Shown piece by piece: positions 50,445 through 64,000 of a stretch of DNA of 64,000 bases. Numbering within the stretch: the stretch's first letter is position 1; the number at the start of each line of letters is the position of its first letter. Made by a program: the position numbers and the translations under genes. Origin of the DNA: Phoronis australis. Its lineage: Eukaryota; Animalia; Phoronida. Under the pieces are notes generated by a model, which worked only from the letters and a program-made list of their open reading frames with translations, had not been told where the DNA came from and ran no database searches. Where the stretch lies: NCBI GenBank assembly GCA_002633005.1, contig NMRA01000146.1:241862-305861 (forward strand), given 5' to 3'.

Positions 50445-51999
50445 CAGGAGTGTGTTCTTGTGAATGTAGGCTACATGTAGAACAACAAGTCGCCAATTCT
50501 CGCCGCTGTCTTCCTACAATTCGCTTAAATCAATGGCGGTGTCTGATTCAACTTCGCCAGCGGAGCGTTGGACTGCAACCGCGATTGCTTCAGTTTCGAT
50601 TGTTCCAACAATATCGTGACCCACATAAGTGGACATTCAATTTGACAGTTTGAATTAGACATGTATGTTTTAACATGCGCATGTCTAAAAACAATCCTTT
50701 CTGTTCGTGAAACCCAGCGCCTCATGACGTGCAGTGGAGTTAATTAGTTTCTCTGTGATGGCCGTAAGAACTATTGGGAAACGGTGGTCATGATGACGAC
50801 GCCTATTGCGTTGCATTTTTGGAATTTTTTTTACTTGTTTATACTCAATATTTATGGGAACGTTTAAAACACAAACATTCCATTTGAATAATTTTTATCG
50901 GCGGTACAAAATTTGAAAATAATAGGGTTATGAGTCCATTCTCTCATTCACTCCTCAAAACAGCGGTGACGGGTTCATGGCATCGATTACACTTTCCAAT
51001 CACAGCCTCGGTTTTACTGAACCGTNACCTTCTGTTGCAATTTTTTCTAGGTTGGGCCCTCTGGAGCCCTAGAATGACTGGACTAATCCGTGAGCACAAA
51101 TGTTAACTCAGTCCCCGTCGCGAACCTCGGGTGCCAGGTGCTCTGCCGCCGTATCTGAATAAAGAGACATCTGTCAGTAGTTAAATGTACTACATGTACC
51201 TAAAGACACTCTATTAGTAAAACAACCACTGCGTCTAGCATCGTTTACAAGATGCCCCCGTGTGTCATTGGCTCCTTTGCTACAACAAAATAACCAGCTG
51301 TGACAAACTTGTTTAAATGATCTAACTGCCAGCTAAGTATTAATCCAGAAATCGCCTATTATGAATAAGGAACAAACTAAGAGCATTTTCATACGAGTAG
51401 GTTGGCTAAAGCAACGGTTTGAGTTCATTGGATCTAATCTGTTTACGCTTCACTTGCTGCAAGAAATCGTCTCGAATTCTATCCGATGATTTAGTATCTC
51501 GTGCTCGCCGAGCTATCACTTCCATTACTTTCATTATTGCAAGTGAAACCTAATAAGCGCGAGAAGTATTTGTCATCCCCGTGGTATTCCGTGATTTTGA
51601 GTTTTCGTTAGACGCTTGTATCTACGGAACCCACCCCCGCTTTAACAGGAAATACTTATCATTTCTACTATCGCAAAAGGAAATATAATAAAATTTAATC
51701 CATGACAATGCCGGAATTGTAAATTTTAACAATATGTCTCAGGTTCTTTTTGTACGCCTTATGAACTACCCTCCGACGGTTCGGTTTACATGTCAGAGTT
51801 GATCAAGTGCTCGAAGGGTTAGCACAAGCTCTTCAGTGTCTATGCTACAATATTAATTTCCATCTATTTTATATTTGCTTCTATAGTTATTTTACATTTC
51901 TAGTTGATTTGAATTTAAACTAGACAAGATTTTTCGACTTTTCATTTTTCTTTTAGATTTCTCTGGGAATCATGTGGATTTTCAACGATCATTGATAAC

Positions 52000-52539
52000 C
52001 CGGAGAGAATGCAAGGACACGCGGCGTGTGGTCTTAACAAATCCGGTTACCGAAATCAATCAATTTTTTTTATTGGTTTGTCGTTCCACCATTACATTCT
52101 CGGTGTGGATATCATTAGCAATATATCTCTTCTGTGGGCACAATGAACTGCTTATACGGCTCCCAGCAATACCTTCACAATTTCTGGAATAGGTAGCGAT
52201 ACCTCGGCCACATTTTCAAGATGGTGATCTATGTAATCTTCGAGTGTAAAAATGTCTATTAGTTCCATGACTAGACCAACTATCGGTGGGGCTTCGTCGT
52301 CAACCGTTGGAGTCAAATACAAGCCGAACGGTTTAGGGGCGCATCTGTACCGAGCAAGAGCCCTTAGACATCGGTATTCCGTCTCAGTTGTTAAGTTCAC
52401 GTCGTCTTCAAGCACGTATTTTTTACGCAAGCTTTTTTGCTCAATACCCGTAGCGTCATTTACGAAAGTCCTAAGGCACACTTTGCTTGAAATTCCTTCG
52501 CCGATCACGGTGTTATCCCCGTCTCCTCTTACATCGTAT
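52000..52539 (-). pseudogene. Protein kinase pseudogene (subdomains I-VII)
   Basis: Acceptor ttctccttacag at 52540. The frame gives IGEGISSKV (Gly-loop), an alphaC Glu and GLVME, then a stop at 52152-52154. After 1-nt frameshifts come NDIHTENVMV (52116-52087) and LIDFG (DFG at 52057-52049). Confidence 0.8.
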
Positions 52540-55500
52540 CTGTAAGGAGAAAAAATGTTGAACCGACGTAGATTTATCAGTTTAGCTTGTTGGATGCGCT
52601 GGCTCCGATTCCCATATTTCACGAAGGGACCGCGCCATTACTGCTAAGAACGTATGAGGCAGGTCCATAACATCAGTTTACACGATGCTTGGAGTGTGTT
52701 TTTAGGGACTTCTTTTATGATTCCTCGTACCACCTGTTCATCCTAAAACTAAGCTGTTTACGTGTTGTGCGAGGAGTTTGATGTCGTTTAGAACATTACA
52801 ATTATCTAGAGAATCATCTGTGTTGCTACTTTAATTTTTATTTGCATCCAATTATTGATTCAAAGGTTGGAATTACCCCGAGACTCATAAATTAACAAAA
52901 GACATGCAAAAAAGTTCAATTTACATCAAATTGGTGAGCATTGGAAATTAAAAAGTTACCCGAATGCTCTCTTTGGCAGATAAGTCGTCTTTAGCTCCCG
53001 TTTTCTGAACTTTTTTCAGATCCAATTTTCGTTCACGTCGGCAACTGACGAAAGCTCTCTTGAGCAATCACTCTCGGATTATGCAGGGTCGGCATGCTGA
53101 AACAACGGATTCGCCTGCCTTCTTGTTTATGCGCCGGCGACATACCACGTCTTCGAAGTTTGGTCGCGTTAAATGTGCCGCGTTTATTCATAATTTCAAG
53201 CGGTTGACGGATTACGTCTGTGACGCACGATTTGGCATTTCGAAGATATTTAAACCCAAACGCTCTTCGCAATACATTCATTGGGTCGCACGACTTTACT
53301 TGCCGGAGCTTTGATGACATAAATTTCCTTACTGGGTAAGTCTTAGCCTTGCTCACAACGATCCATTGCGCCTGCGTTATGAATTTTGGGACTATAGAAG
53401 CGAAGCATGACTGTCAAGTTCGTCTTGTGTCAGACAATATCTCAGGACACAAAACAGGACAAGTTAACTACAATGTATATAATATATGTTACCTCTCAAA
53501 CACACACACACACACACAAAACACACAAATTCATAGTAATGATTGCCGATACGAGAATTGCTATTGTTCACTAGTGTCTCAGTGTTTCTTTATGGTCCTA
53601 CACGTGCCACAACTTTGGCTTCTCAGCACCAGAGATTTTCAGTGCTTGACAAATATTACGGCGCCAAGGTTGACCAGCCTCTTGCGGACAAATATTACGC
53701 CGCCCAGCTTGACCAGCCTCTTGCACCCATGGTTCAGCTGCGTGGTGATAAAACTTAAGGGTCACCTAGAAATTACATACATGTAGGTATAGTATCAAGT
53801 AAGTCAACCGACTCAATCACCAGCCATAGCATGAACGTATTTTCGAATTACATCTAGAAGAAATGCTAAGGCACGTAACGCTCAGGTAAATTAAACTGAT
53901 TAACAAAACATATAAGTAAGTACATGTACCTGTACTAACAAATATCCGATACAAAACACACTTACGTGTTCCAAATCATTTTGACTGGTATGAGCACCAT
54001 GTGCTTCAAATATAAAGTAAGAGCGTGGCAAAGCACAACTGCCTCCCGTTCAGTAACGCTAGGACCTAGCTTAAAAGCAAGACTTTGCGAGATTACGCGA
54101 GATATTGCCGTGTATTTTAAATACGAGCACGTGACCTTGACCAGCTTTTGGCTAGGTCCTAGCCTAGGTCCTAGCGTCTACTGAACGCACGCCTGCTCTC
54201 CGCCCAAACTATCGGTAGACTGCCCAGTAACACGTGTATACCAGAATAATCGTGACTGCTACCTGCACTTGCAAAACGAGCACATTTGCATAAGAATACA
54301 AAAGGGTTGGCTCTGCATAGACCAACTAACAACAGCAATCTCTTGATATTTAAATCATATAGAAGTCAGACCAAATTGTGACAATGACGTTGATCTCTGT
54401 ATTATGCCGTCCTTTACAACCAATCGCTGAATCCCTATCCTTGTTTTGGTAATGCATGATATTGACGTTGCAACAGAACTCGCCGTAGCATATCCCGACT
54501 TGACGACAAACTCGATAACTTAGTTGCTGGAAAACGTACGGTTCAGAGCGGAATAGACGATTGGAGCGATTTGCGTATCTCATCTCTAAGGCATCGGTGA
54601 ACATTTACAACCCTCTGACAAAGAACTGTATGAGAGAAACGGGCTTTAGCAGCTGCATGAAGTCGAACGACAGCTCTGGGGGTTTCACCGAGATATTCGG
54701 CACTGTGACCAGCGACAGAATTGAAGGTCTAACCCCGTACTTCTGTCCTTCATGTCGTCGAATGCGACATTTTTTGTAGATTTGTTCACAACAGCTGCTG
54801 TGGACAACTGGAATTGTCTGGAAACGTGTAATTAGTATGGTTTCCACTATCTTGCAGTTCAATACATCTTATGCACGCAGTAGACATTTTAAAAGTGAGC
54901 CTCCTTTTAGGTTTTAAAAACAATATACATGTATTTCGCGCTTAATCACAGTGTAAACTGTGATTTTGTTCGCATTCCTCGTTAAGATTTCTGTCTCAAA
55001 TACGTTGTTTTTTAACTAAAAAGAGTCCCACTTTTAAAATGGCGAATAGGTGAATAAGATCTGTAGCCCCTAAGTGTTTGAAAACGTCCTTCAAAGAAAC
55101 ACATAGCATGACATGTCTACGAAAGTACATGTATATTGGATACGTTATTAGATCTTGAGTTGATTTTAGCAATGTTATTGTTCATAATGTATAATTAAAT
55201 CTTTTATATACTTTTCTCTAATCTGAACTTGGCACGAATTCAGGATTTGGGTTAGGGCGTCATGGCACAGCGTTACCCAGGATTGTGCCCGTCAGACATT
55301 CGCACCCTCGAACTGTCAAATGGAGCCTATTAGCCTTTTAGAAGGACCATGACCCCTTTCCCTCCTAAATCTGACACTGTGAACCTCCTAGCAAAACCTG
55401 AAACAATTTTAAGCAATTCTGAACTTCTTCAAGATTACTGACGTTCAGATGTTAAGAATAAGTGGGGATGTTTACTACGGACTACCCGGGACTCATTCAG

Positions 55501-58500
55501 GTGGTTGCCGACGTTAAGAGATTGCATTGACTTGAAAACCTCTCACGTAGTTCTGAGCAGAAAGTATTCAACTGTCCATAACATGAAACTTTCCTTTGCC
55601 TAAGCACCTTGCTCACTTCAACGTTGTGGTTGATCGATGAAAATTTGACGAGGTCACTGTTTTAAAAATACAGACTACCGAGGGATATCTATTATAAAGT
55701 AACGGATGATAGGTCGGCACACGTTTCAGAGAATGACCTCACGATGATTTAAGGGACAAGCCTCTTTCCGCCCACCTCCTTCTCGCTTCAGAATAAATGC
55801 AGTCTTTATCATTCGCAAGACCGTCACTACTGCCATTTTGTTTCCAAAAGTAGTCAATTTGGCAATTTGTGCCTTCACCGGCGGTGTCAGCTAACCATGG
55901 CACCTTGCCACAGTTCAGTTGACATACATGTAGCTAGTTCAGTCATGTTTTGTATCGGGGACAGAAATCTGGTTTACACTCTAAAGAATCCTATAACTGT
56001 TTTGAAAAACAAAGGTTAATGTTTGGATAACGCTTCAAGAAAATTGACATGTAATCAATCTCTTGCTAGAGGTAGGTTCAAAGGTAGTTTAATGTTATGC
56101 AATCTATTTTGATAGGGTCAAATGTGAATGGTCCAACAGAAAATAACTGTGTCCACTTAATGACTTTTTGATATTTTGAAATAGGACAGAAAAAAAATTA
56201 CGAAAACCAAATTCGTACGATAGGCAGATAATGGTTTGTACAAAATAATATTCTAGCATGAATATTTTACTGTTCGTCAAATAGCATTTATTAAGAAAAA
56301 AAGGACTGGCATGTTAACATTTTCAGCAATACATTAAAAGGGAACAATCGGTTTTACAGGCGGAAAATATAATTTGGGGGTAAATTCTGGGGATCATTGA
56401 CTTCGTGAAGTTAACCGTAAAACCCTTTATGGTTTCCTTATAAATCATCGATTCCTTACAAAAGTCTCCAGTCAAAGTTATCTGAAACTGGGGTGGCGAC
56501 TTCATCAGCTTGATGTTTCGTTACTGGGCTCCGTGAAGATGGTCGAGACCTGTGTCGTGTATTGGTGACCAAAGCCGGAGGGCAAAAACCTAAAGATTAA
56601 TCTTTTGCGAATGCGAGAAAAAGTAACGACGAGTCGAAGCACATTGGAGGAATAACCTCACGAGAAAAAGCATTCGAACGAAATGGAGTGATGGATTCCC
56701 ATGCGAGATGAGTTGAACAGCCGGAAGGTTTGCTTTCCTGTCCCATCTTCTAGGAATAGCCACCATTCAAGCATATTTTAGATTAGTATCCCGCACAACC
56801 TAAAATAATCTTTGAATAGCTTATAACATTTCTGGTCTTTAACTGATTAACCCGGCGATTGAATACGTCGCTGACTCTCACCAGTTTTCTGATGGTCTCG
56901 ACCAACCGATCGGAAATACACTAGTATTTATCAATTAAGGAAAACGCACAAAAAATCCTCTTTCAACATAAAGTCTTCCACTGCTCTCTTCGGATAGGTA
57001 CACTATGCATTTTTCGCAAATATTGCAAGAGGGAATCAAGTCCATGGCCTATTTTGTATCATTTGTTTAATTTTTACTTGCCTCATTTTCAAGAATCTCG
57101 TCGTCGTCGTCCACTGCTGTATTCTTGCACAAAAGTTGACAACAAGGACCTGATAAACATACCCGAAGATTTTTAGGAAATTTGTCCATATTAATATTTT
57201 GCAAAATTAATATTTCAATGGCACTTTAGAAGCGACTTGTCTTCATAAAGGCAGTTACGAAAAATCAGTCACAGTGACGTTCTTTATTCTTACGTCACTT
57301 AATTGTCTGAGGTCAAATTAGTAAAGGGCAATTAATTCATACTCTAACCTTTGTTAACGCAAAGACACGGGATTTGAAGTATCAGTCCTGGTCTCGAGTG
57401 AAATGAACAGAAAATAAATAAACAATGACTCTGTCTTGAGACATATTTAGTTTTTCAAAAACGTGTTGTTTTGATTTAATACTGAACCGTAAAATTGTAC
57501 GATTATGAAATGTTTGGCTGAGTCTTGGGCATACCTCTAGAATAACTTCATCTGGAACAATTTGTTGTACCTTCTGATGTAGAAGAAGTTGATGCCAATT
57601 TCCCTTGATTATCAAGTTGTTCCAAAACAACTGACGTTCACACTAATTATTTCCCCTTAATAGGTTGCACTTGCAGCACCAAGGATTTGTTAGGGTAAGC
57701 AGAATATACCTTTCGTGAAGGTACTTATTATGAAAATTACACCTCAGTGCAGTCATTTATTTATTTGTGTCATTGGAAACTACAATAGTGTAGATCTACA
57801 TGAAACGAAGAAATAATTGCTTAACTAAATTTATGTCTTCATAATCTTTCGGGAATCCAGTTGCGTCTCCTGGCAGTCCTTAGGATGGAGTCTAAATTAG
57901 AGAAAACGATACCGTAATGGTGTAGATGATGTTTTTCTCTGTACTTTAATGTTGGGATGATAATAAAACAGTAAGTTGAAAATTTTATAAGGCACACACT
58001 CTCTGTCGGCTTTCAGTTAACCATGAGCGGCGCAGCACTTAAAATAATGGTGCTCCGCCCATGTTAATAGATGCATTTCTGAAAAAATATTGTTATGGTT
58101 ACTACCTTGACTATTTTTACATCGTTCAGTATAACTTCGTATGTGTACTGCCATGGTATTATATTCGGGATCATTATGTTTTGCGGTTTGCCTATTAATG
58201 GGCACAGTTTATGTGACTATTCACTGAGGAGTTCGGTTGTTTTTAACGTTAATTTGTAGATGGTTGGTGTGGATGGCTTAGTCATGGGTGGTGCACCACA
58301 GGAGGCTAGGGGGCTATGGCCCCCACTTTTTTAAGTGCTGCGCCGCCCACCACGGCGGTGCAGCATAGGGGGGCTTTGGCTATAACCCTCCAGTTATTTC
58401 AGTGCTTCGCCGCCTATGTCAGTGTGGTAATGCGCATGCAAATTATCAACATTGTATCCTTTAAGTCATGTTGTTTAGAAGTCACCAACATTTCTGTAAC

Positions 58501-59524
58501 GTTTTCGGTTATTTACGAGATGAAGATTGACCCACAATTTATTTTGGAAAGAACATAAGAAGGCAAGTAGGATTTCTTGATCAGCACGGCTACACGTAAG
58601 CCACATGCGTTAAAGAGGCATGGAACGAGAAACATAGTCAAATATATCTTTTAAATTCGTGGCAAAGATACCATCTCGCAACGTGTAGTACAGAGTACAT
58701 GTAGTTCACTTTCTCAAGTGAGGAAATTTCCAGAAAAAATCGCAAAATTAATTTTTATTACGCGCGAAGGAAAACACTTTGTGGTTACCACACAGTATCT
58801 AATCTCCCTACCAATTATTACAATTGCGCGCATGCGCTCACAGTCAATTGCTTGAAGTCTCGTCAGTTCAAAAGTCACATTTTCCATACTAGGGAGATGT
58901 GCTACGTCTAAATCTTGCCATACCAAATATGGAGAAGTACTTTGCCTTGTGGGAGAAAAATCTACGAAGTGACAGATGTTTTCTTGAAAATTGAAACTAG
59001 AAGAAAATGCTTTGATATCAGCAAAAATTAAAACTCTTTACGAACAAATCATAAAATTAGCTGGTGAGCAGATTAAATTCTGGTTCAGGTGCAGAAAACC
59101 ACTTTCAATATTGCAATTTAGTCTGTTTCCCGAATCTAAATAAACAGCAATGAAAGTTAAATACTCTGAGACTAATATTGAAATGCACCACAACGACGCG
59201 TCTCGCAAAATCGGTAACAAACAATGGCAGATCGAAAGGACTGCAAATAAACCTACAGTGCGGGAATTACGAGAACACTAAGACAAATACCTACAAGAAT
59301 GGAAGGGAATGTGACTAAATAACGAACTACTTACAACTATCCTCTGTAACAAGGCCAAATTCTGAGAATAACTACGTAAATAACTCCAATAAATGTGCCG
59401 AGCATGCGGCGTCCATAATGGCAATCTAAAAAGCGACATCTAACGACATACTTAAAAACTAGTCCAGGAAGGGAGAGAGAGGCAGAATGAGCCTACGTGA
59501 CACGACAATTGTTTCAAAGTTCTG

Positions 59525-59924
59525 GGCCCGGTCTCTAATCTTTGTACTCGAAACGAACTCGAAACTATTTTTGGCAATTTCTCTGCTCCTTTTGTGCGAA
59601 CTTAAGATAATTGGTTATCAGACTGAGCTCGAATACATTATAGTTTATGCATAGGAGTTTCTAATTCAAGTTTGCCCTTGAAGACCCTTATATTCGTGCT
59701 ACAAACTCGAGTAAAAACTCGAAATTTCGAGTTCAAACTCGAACTTATTGCTTTAATATTGGGTTTACAAACTGTGAACTAAGGGCAATAAATTATCTAC
59801 GTAAGTTATTGTGTACTCGAGCATAGAATAATAGACACATATCTTGAGTTCGCCCAAAAGTAGAGTAGAAAATGCCAAACCTAATTTCGAGTTCCATTTC
59901 GAGTAAAAGATTGGAGACCGGGCC
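59525..59924. mobile_element. PIF/Harbinger-like foldback MITE
   Basis: ctg|GGCCCGGTCTCTAATCTTT...AAAGATTGGAGACCGGGCC|ctg, with extended internal palindromy and many CTCGA repeats. Confidence 0.88.
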
Positions 59925-61323
59925 CTGGTCATTTCTACTGAATCAAAATAAGGCCGCGTAAATCAGGCTGTCAATAAAAACGTGTGTCGAAATACCAGGA
60001 GAAGTTCGCCCTTGTAAGCCGATAGCATGTGGGACCCCGTTTCAGTCGACGTCAAACACGTCAACTCCCTCTTGAAGCGGCTGGAGGCCAGGAACTGAAG
60101 GAAAGATCTCTTAAATTAGAACACCCGACACGAGTTCGGCAAAATTACAATAAAACTAATGCAAACCCTACCCAAATTCTGACACTTAGTCGCACAACCC
60201 CAGCCGAACATTCCTGTGCAAATTATTTGTGATAAATCCGACATTAGCAGGGACTCACTTGGAAGTTTGAAGAATGCTGGTGGAAGGACTAATCCCCAAT
60301 CAATGGACCGTTTAAAAGGACGTTTTTACCAAAACTTATGGTCACGTGTCTACACAGAATGGCACACTGCTGTGAACAACACAAATAGCCTTGCCGCCCC
60401 CACCCCTAGTTTGTTAAAATGTAATACATTAATGGGATGGCAGTCGCAAGTAATTAAGATATTTGAAGGAGACAACATTTTAGTTAGGGGTACATATGCC
60501 GTGACTTGTATCGGAACTGAAAGGTTATGTAGGACCCTTGATAATTTCGGATAGACATGTCTCAGAACTGGTTAGATTACATAAAACTTTCATACAATAT
60601 ACTCCATGCACCCTTCTTCAAAGCGTGGCTGTTTGGAATTGACTTTAAATTGATCCTGGGACATTTATGTAAGGCGTGCGATCAAGAATAAGACTCATAA
60701 GTAAGATATTCATGCAAAAAACTCAACAATAGTCATTCAGAAAATTTTATCGCTATTTTAAACTTCTATCCTGAAGAGTTGCATTAAAAGATAATGTGAT
60801 GATGCTTGTGATGGCGATGTAGAATTACTATGAATTTTGCTTTCAATTCTGCTAAATTTTACTAGTGACCAAATCAATGACAGATTGTTATGAAGTCAAA
60901 AAATGCAATTTGACAAGCTTTCGATTTTCAGAAAATATATGCTTTAAGTGACGGAGTTACATTTTATAGTTTTGTGGATATTTGAATGAAAACGCAGACT
61001 TGACGATTAGGCCTTACACACTTCAGTGTAACCGTAAGTAGGACCATATTCGTACGTCTCTGAAGCACAACACTGACAGTTGTATTCTGAACTGCTTGAT
61101 AGACGCTCAACAATTATGTTATCGGTAACCAATGTTCGCTCGCCTCCCTTATCGCGTCGCATGCACTAGTTGTGACGACACGCGATTGGCGATCACTATT
61201 TTATCGCTGGAACTAACATGACCCTGTGTAGATGTAAATATTTTGTCAGATTCTAAGTGGTATAACCATGTCTAGACCTTTCACAGTACGATACACTGCG
61301 AAGTATGTACTATACTAAGCGGA

Positions 61324-61363
61324 ATGATTGAGTTGCTGATTGTTCAGGTGATTGTCCTGAAAG
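61324..61363 (+). CDS. Putative signal-peptide exon of the MAM-domain gene
   Basis: ATG ATT GAG...AAA G|gtaagt (phase 1). Joined to 63642 it gives the hydrophobic MIELLIVQVIVLKVVITRG-DIVHVCNF. Confidence 0.55.
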
Positions 61364-63641
61364 GTAAGTTCTTGTAGGTTTAGTGCTATCGACGAGTTAT
61401 ACAGTAAAAGACGGTAACAAGAATGTGCAGTATGTGGTTGTGAACTCATTGTGAGAACGGACTTGAGATTGAGTCATTACTCCCGGAAGGAGTCGCCGAG
61501 CCAGGTGGTATTAGTTTCGTCGAATTGCTAACCAAATGACGCCTTTTTGTAACGAAAGTGTTCACTTTCCGAGAAAATATTAGGGAAGTTGAAATGTATT
61601 TTCCAATAGTCCGTGTCTCCGTGACTTATCGGAGGCGTAGGAAGCGGGGAACAGTTGGAAACGACCGTCCCGTATCAATGAAGTCGGTGGACAGCCCCTG
61701 ACTTAAAATTGGTACTTAGCCGAAATCTAACGAGAGACAGCTAAGAGGAAGCGAGTGCCATCTACCAATGAATTCACTAAGAAATGAGTACGAAGGAAGC
61801 GAGTCTCATTTTTTAATTGTCAGGGTAGAAGCTTCTGGGCGACCGACCCAATCTTAGCAGAGAAAGAGCGAAACATGCCGTTTAGAAAATATTTTTAACA
61901 TAAGGTTTGTCAACAATCAGTGCTGAAATTCCCATTTGCTGGAGTTCTCACGGAGTGGATCCCAGAGATGGTGTCAGTTGTCTATCCCTCGATTTTCAGA
62001 AATCGCACACTCTTTTATGTTAAAGAGGGTGGTGGAAGAAGGTAACCCAATAGGGAATCAAGTATCACTCCAGTTTTAGTAAACGATAAACCCTTTCTTG
62101 TTGGAGTATTTCGTGAGCATGCCTTTTACTAGGGTTCCCTCTATGAATCGTACTGCTCTCCCCGAGGCCTTTTCCTTTGCCCCTATGAATTCGGCGCTTT
62201 CATTTACTGGCGAGGGAAAGTAGAAAACATCGAAAAAATGAAAATTTAGACTACTTGCGAAGTATACAATAGCGTCGAGATATGAGCCCCGATTAACCTC
62301 AATCCGCCTCTGAACATTTCAAGATTATTTTTGCTGATAAATTGAACAGGTTTTGACACATATATACTTGTCTAGCTGTATTCTGTTCATATATCGACTA
62401 ATTCAGAGATGATTTTTGACCATTATAGAATTATATTATGAAATACTTATGGCGATTCTCTGAACGTAGATGTAAACTTCAAACGTGCACTAGGTGATTT
62501 TTGCCAGTCTGAAATAACCCGACAACATATTTTTTCTCCGAATTTAGCAGCCGGCGTTATGGGAACGATGTCCTTTATACATATAAGAGTAAGTACCTAT
62601 TCTAACATGATTTTGACAGTCCATCATGTTAGCACCCTAATAAACTGAAATTCATAAGATATTCCAGCTTAAAGCTCATACAAAATCATGTAATGTGTTG
62701 AAGTCTAAAATGTCACTATATTTCACTATGATTTGTTGAATCATGATTCCGCGTTGATGGTGGCGACCTTAGTTTAATGTTTGCCTTCCACCACACCAAC
62801 GTGTGCTAGCCTTTGGCGAGGGATGCGACACCTGCGACCACCAATGGAGGCTGGAGTGGTGGGAAAACGGAGGAACCACTTTCGCAAACGTTTGACGAAA
62901 TCGAATTTTGAATTTGAACTTTCTTACCTCAGTTAATAACGCTTTCCTTCCTTCGAACCTTCTTAAGCGATCATGATTAGAGCTTGGCTAAAAATGCTGT
63001 TGGGTAGAGTTGGGGGCGATTGGAGTACACCTAGGGTCTAGTGAGCTGGAAATACGCCCTTGCATTTGCCCCCTTCCCTTGAAACCATGCAGTGGAATTT
63101 CAAGGGACATCACGTAGACATGAATGCGCCTTCAAGGCACAGTTGCATAAAAGTTATACGCCGTATAGCAACAATTTTGACATCGCAATATCACGCGTCA
63201 TGTTGTTATTGTTGAACAATGTATCTGACGTAGTGTAACAATCAAACTTATCCGGCGGATAATTTAGAAGTTTTATGCAAGCAAGCCCAAATATACGTGT
63301 GTGCTCATACGGCATATGCGGTAAACGTTGTTGAAGATGGGCACAGGATATTAATGACGCGATGTCATGGCGCCTGAAATATCTGACTGATCTCATAAGA
63401 CTTGAAACATGGAAACTTCTGGGCAACTTCTGATACGCCTGTCCTGGAATGGAGTATGGTCAACGTACACGTGATTTGATAGCATAAATACTCCTTGCAT
63501 GCGTTTCGTGTTTGGTGAACACCTTGTCTTTTTATGGCCCGTGAGTCCTTCGTGGATCACCAATCTCGATATTGATCAAAATCATTTGTTATATTAATAG
63601 TTTGGCTGTTAATGAAATATAAACGTTGTTTTTATTACCAG

Positions 63642-63815
63642 TGGTTATTACGCGAGGCGACATTGTCCATGTCTGTAATTTCCCTGACAATGCGCTATGT
63701 TCTGGATGGCGGCAAGGGTTAAATGGCATAGAGGATGACAATGATTGGACAGTGAATCGTGGAAAGACACCTTCTGTCAACACGGGACCGAACGGCGACC
63801 ACAGTCCATCAAAAG
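63642..63815 (+). CDS. MAM-domain protein exon (first part of a MAM domain); gene continues beyond the right edge
   Basis: tttattaccag|...G|gtaagt; 174 nt, phase 1-1; CNF...LC.GW.Q...DD.DW...GKTPSVNTGP.GDH is the MAM consensus. Confidence 0.88.
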
Positions 63816-64000
63816 GTAAGTGCACAGTGTACAACGTAATCTACATTTACACACTTACTCTTAACACTCCATACTGAGACAGTAGCTTTGATATGTTTCC
63901 ATTGTTTTAAGGATACGAATCCATGCGCAAACCCAGCCTAAAAACGGGAGCTCAAATTTATGAGAGTGTAGACCTTTTACTAAGATTCCACGGGCGCACC

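Noticed and set aside
53648-53723. 39-bp tandem duplication inside short ORFs
   Set aside because: Only two copies, with no domain or splice support.

Overview
Eukaryotic, repeat-rich invertebrate (metazoan) draft-assembly DNA with spliceosomal GT-AG introns and two N-gaps. Most ORF-track entries are spurious. Three host genes could be reconstructed by hand. (1) The 5' end of a gelsolin/severin-like gene on the minus strand (MSG|LRKAKKYDWKDSNLALFGSDLEKNIK). (2) A complete FASTKD5-like mitochondrial RNA-processing gene on the plus strand, with 7 coding exons (28869-36409, 696 aa, all phases consistent) and a probable non-coding first exon at ~20550-20634. (3) The first two exons of a secreted MAM-domain protein at the right end. 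The rest consists of a decayed ankyrin-repeat gene partly amplified into a ~990-bp tandem array (38.2-45.4 kb), a protein-kinase pseudogene (~52 kb), fossils of hAT, pogo, Penelope and L1/Tx1 elements, Gypsy-like solo LTRs, many MITEs, and two ~1.6-kb near-duplications flanking the N-gaps that look like uncollapsed haplotypes. I found no clear novel multi-gene system. The most unusual items are the ankyrin-pseudogene-derived satellite, an apparent Asp-to-Ser change at the putative catalytic position of FASTKD5, and a Penelope endonuclease fragment enclosed by long inverted repeats. All family calls come from motif recognition by eye, not from database searches.
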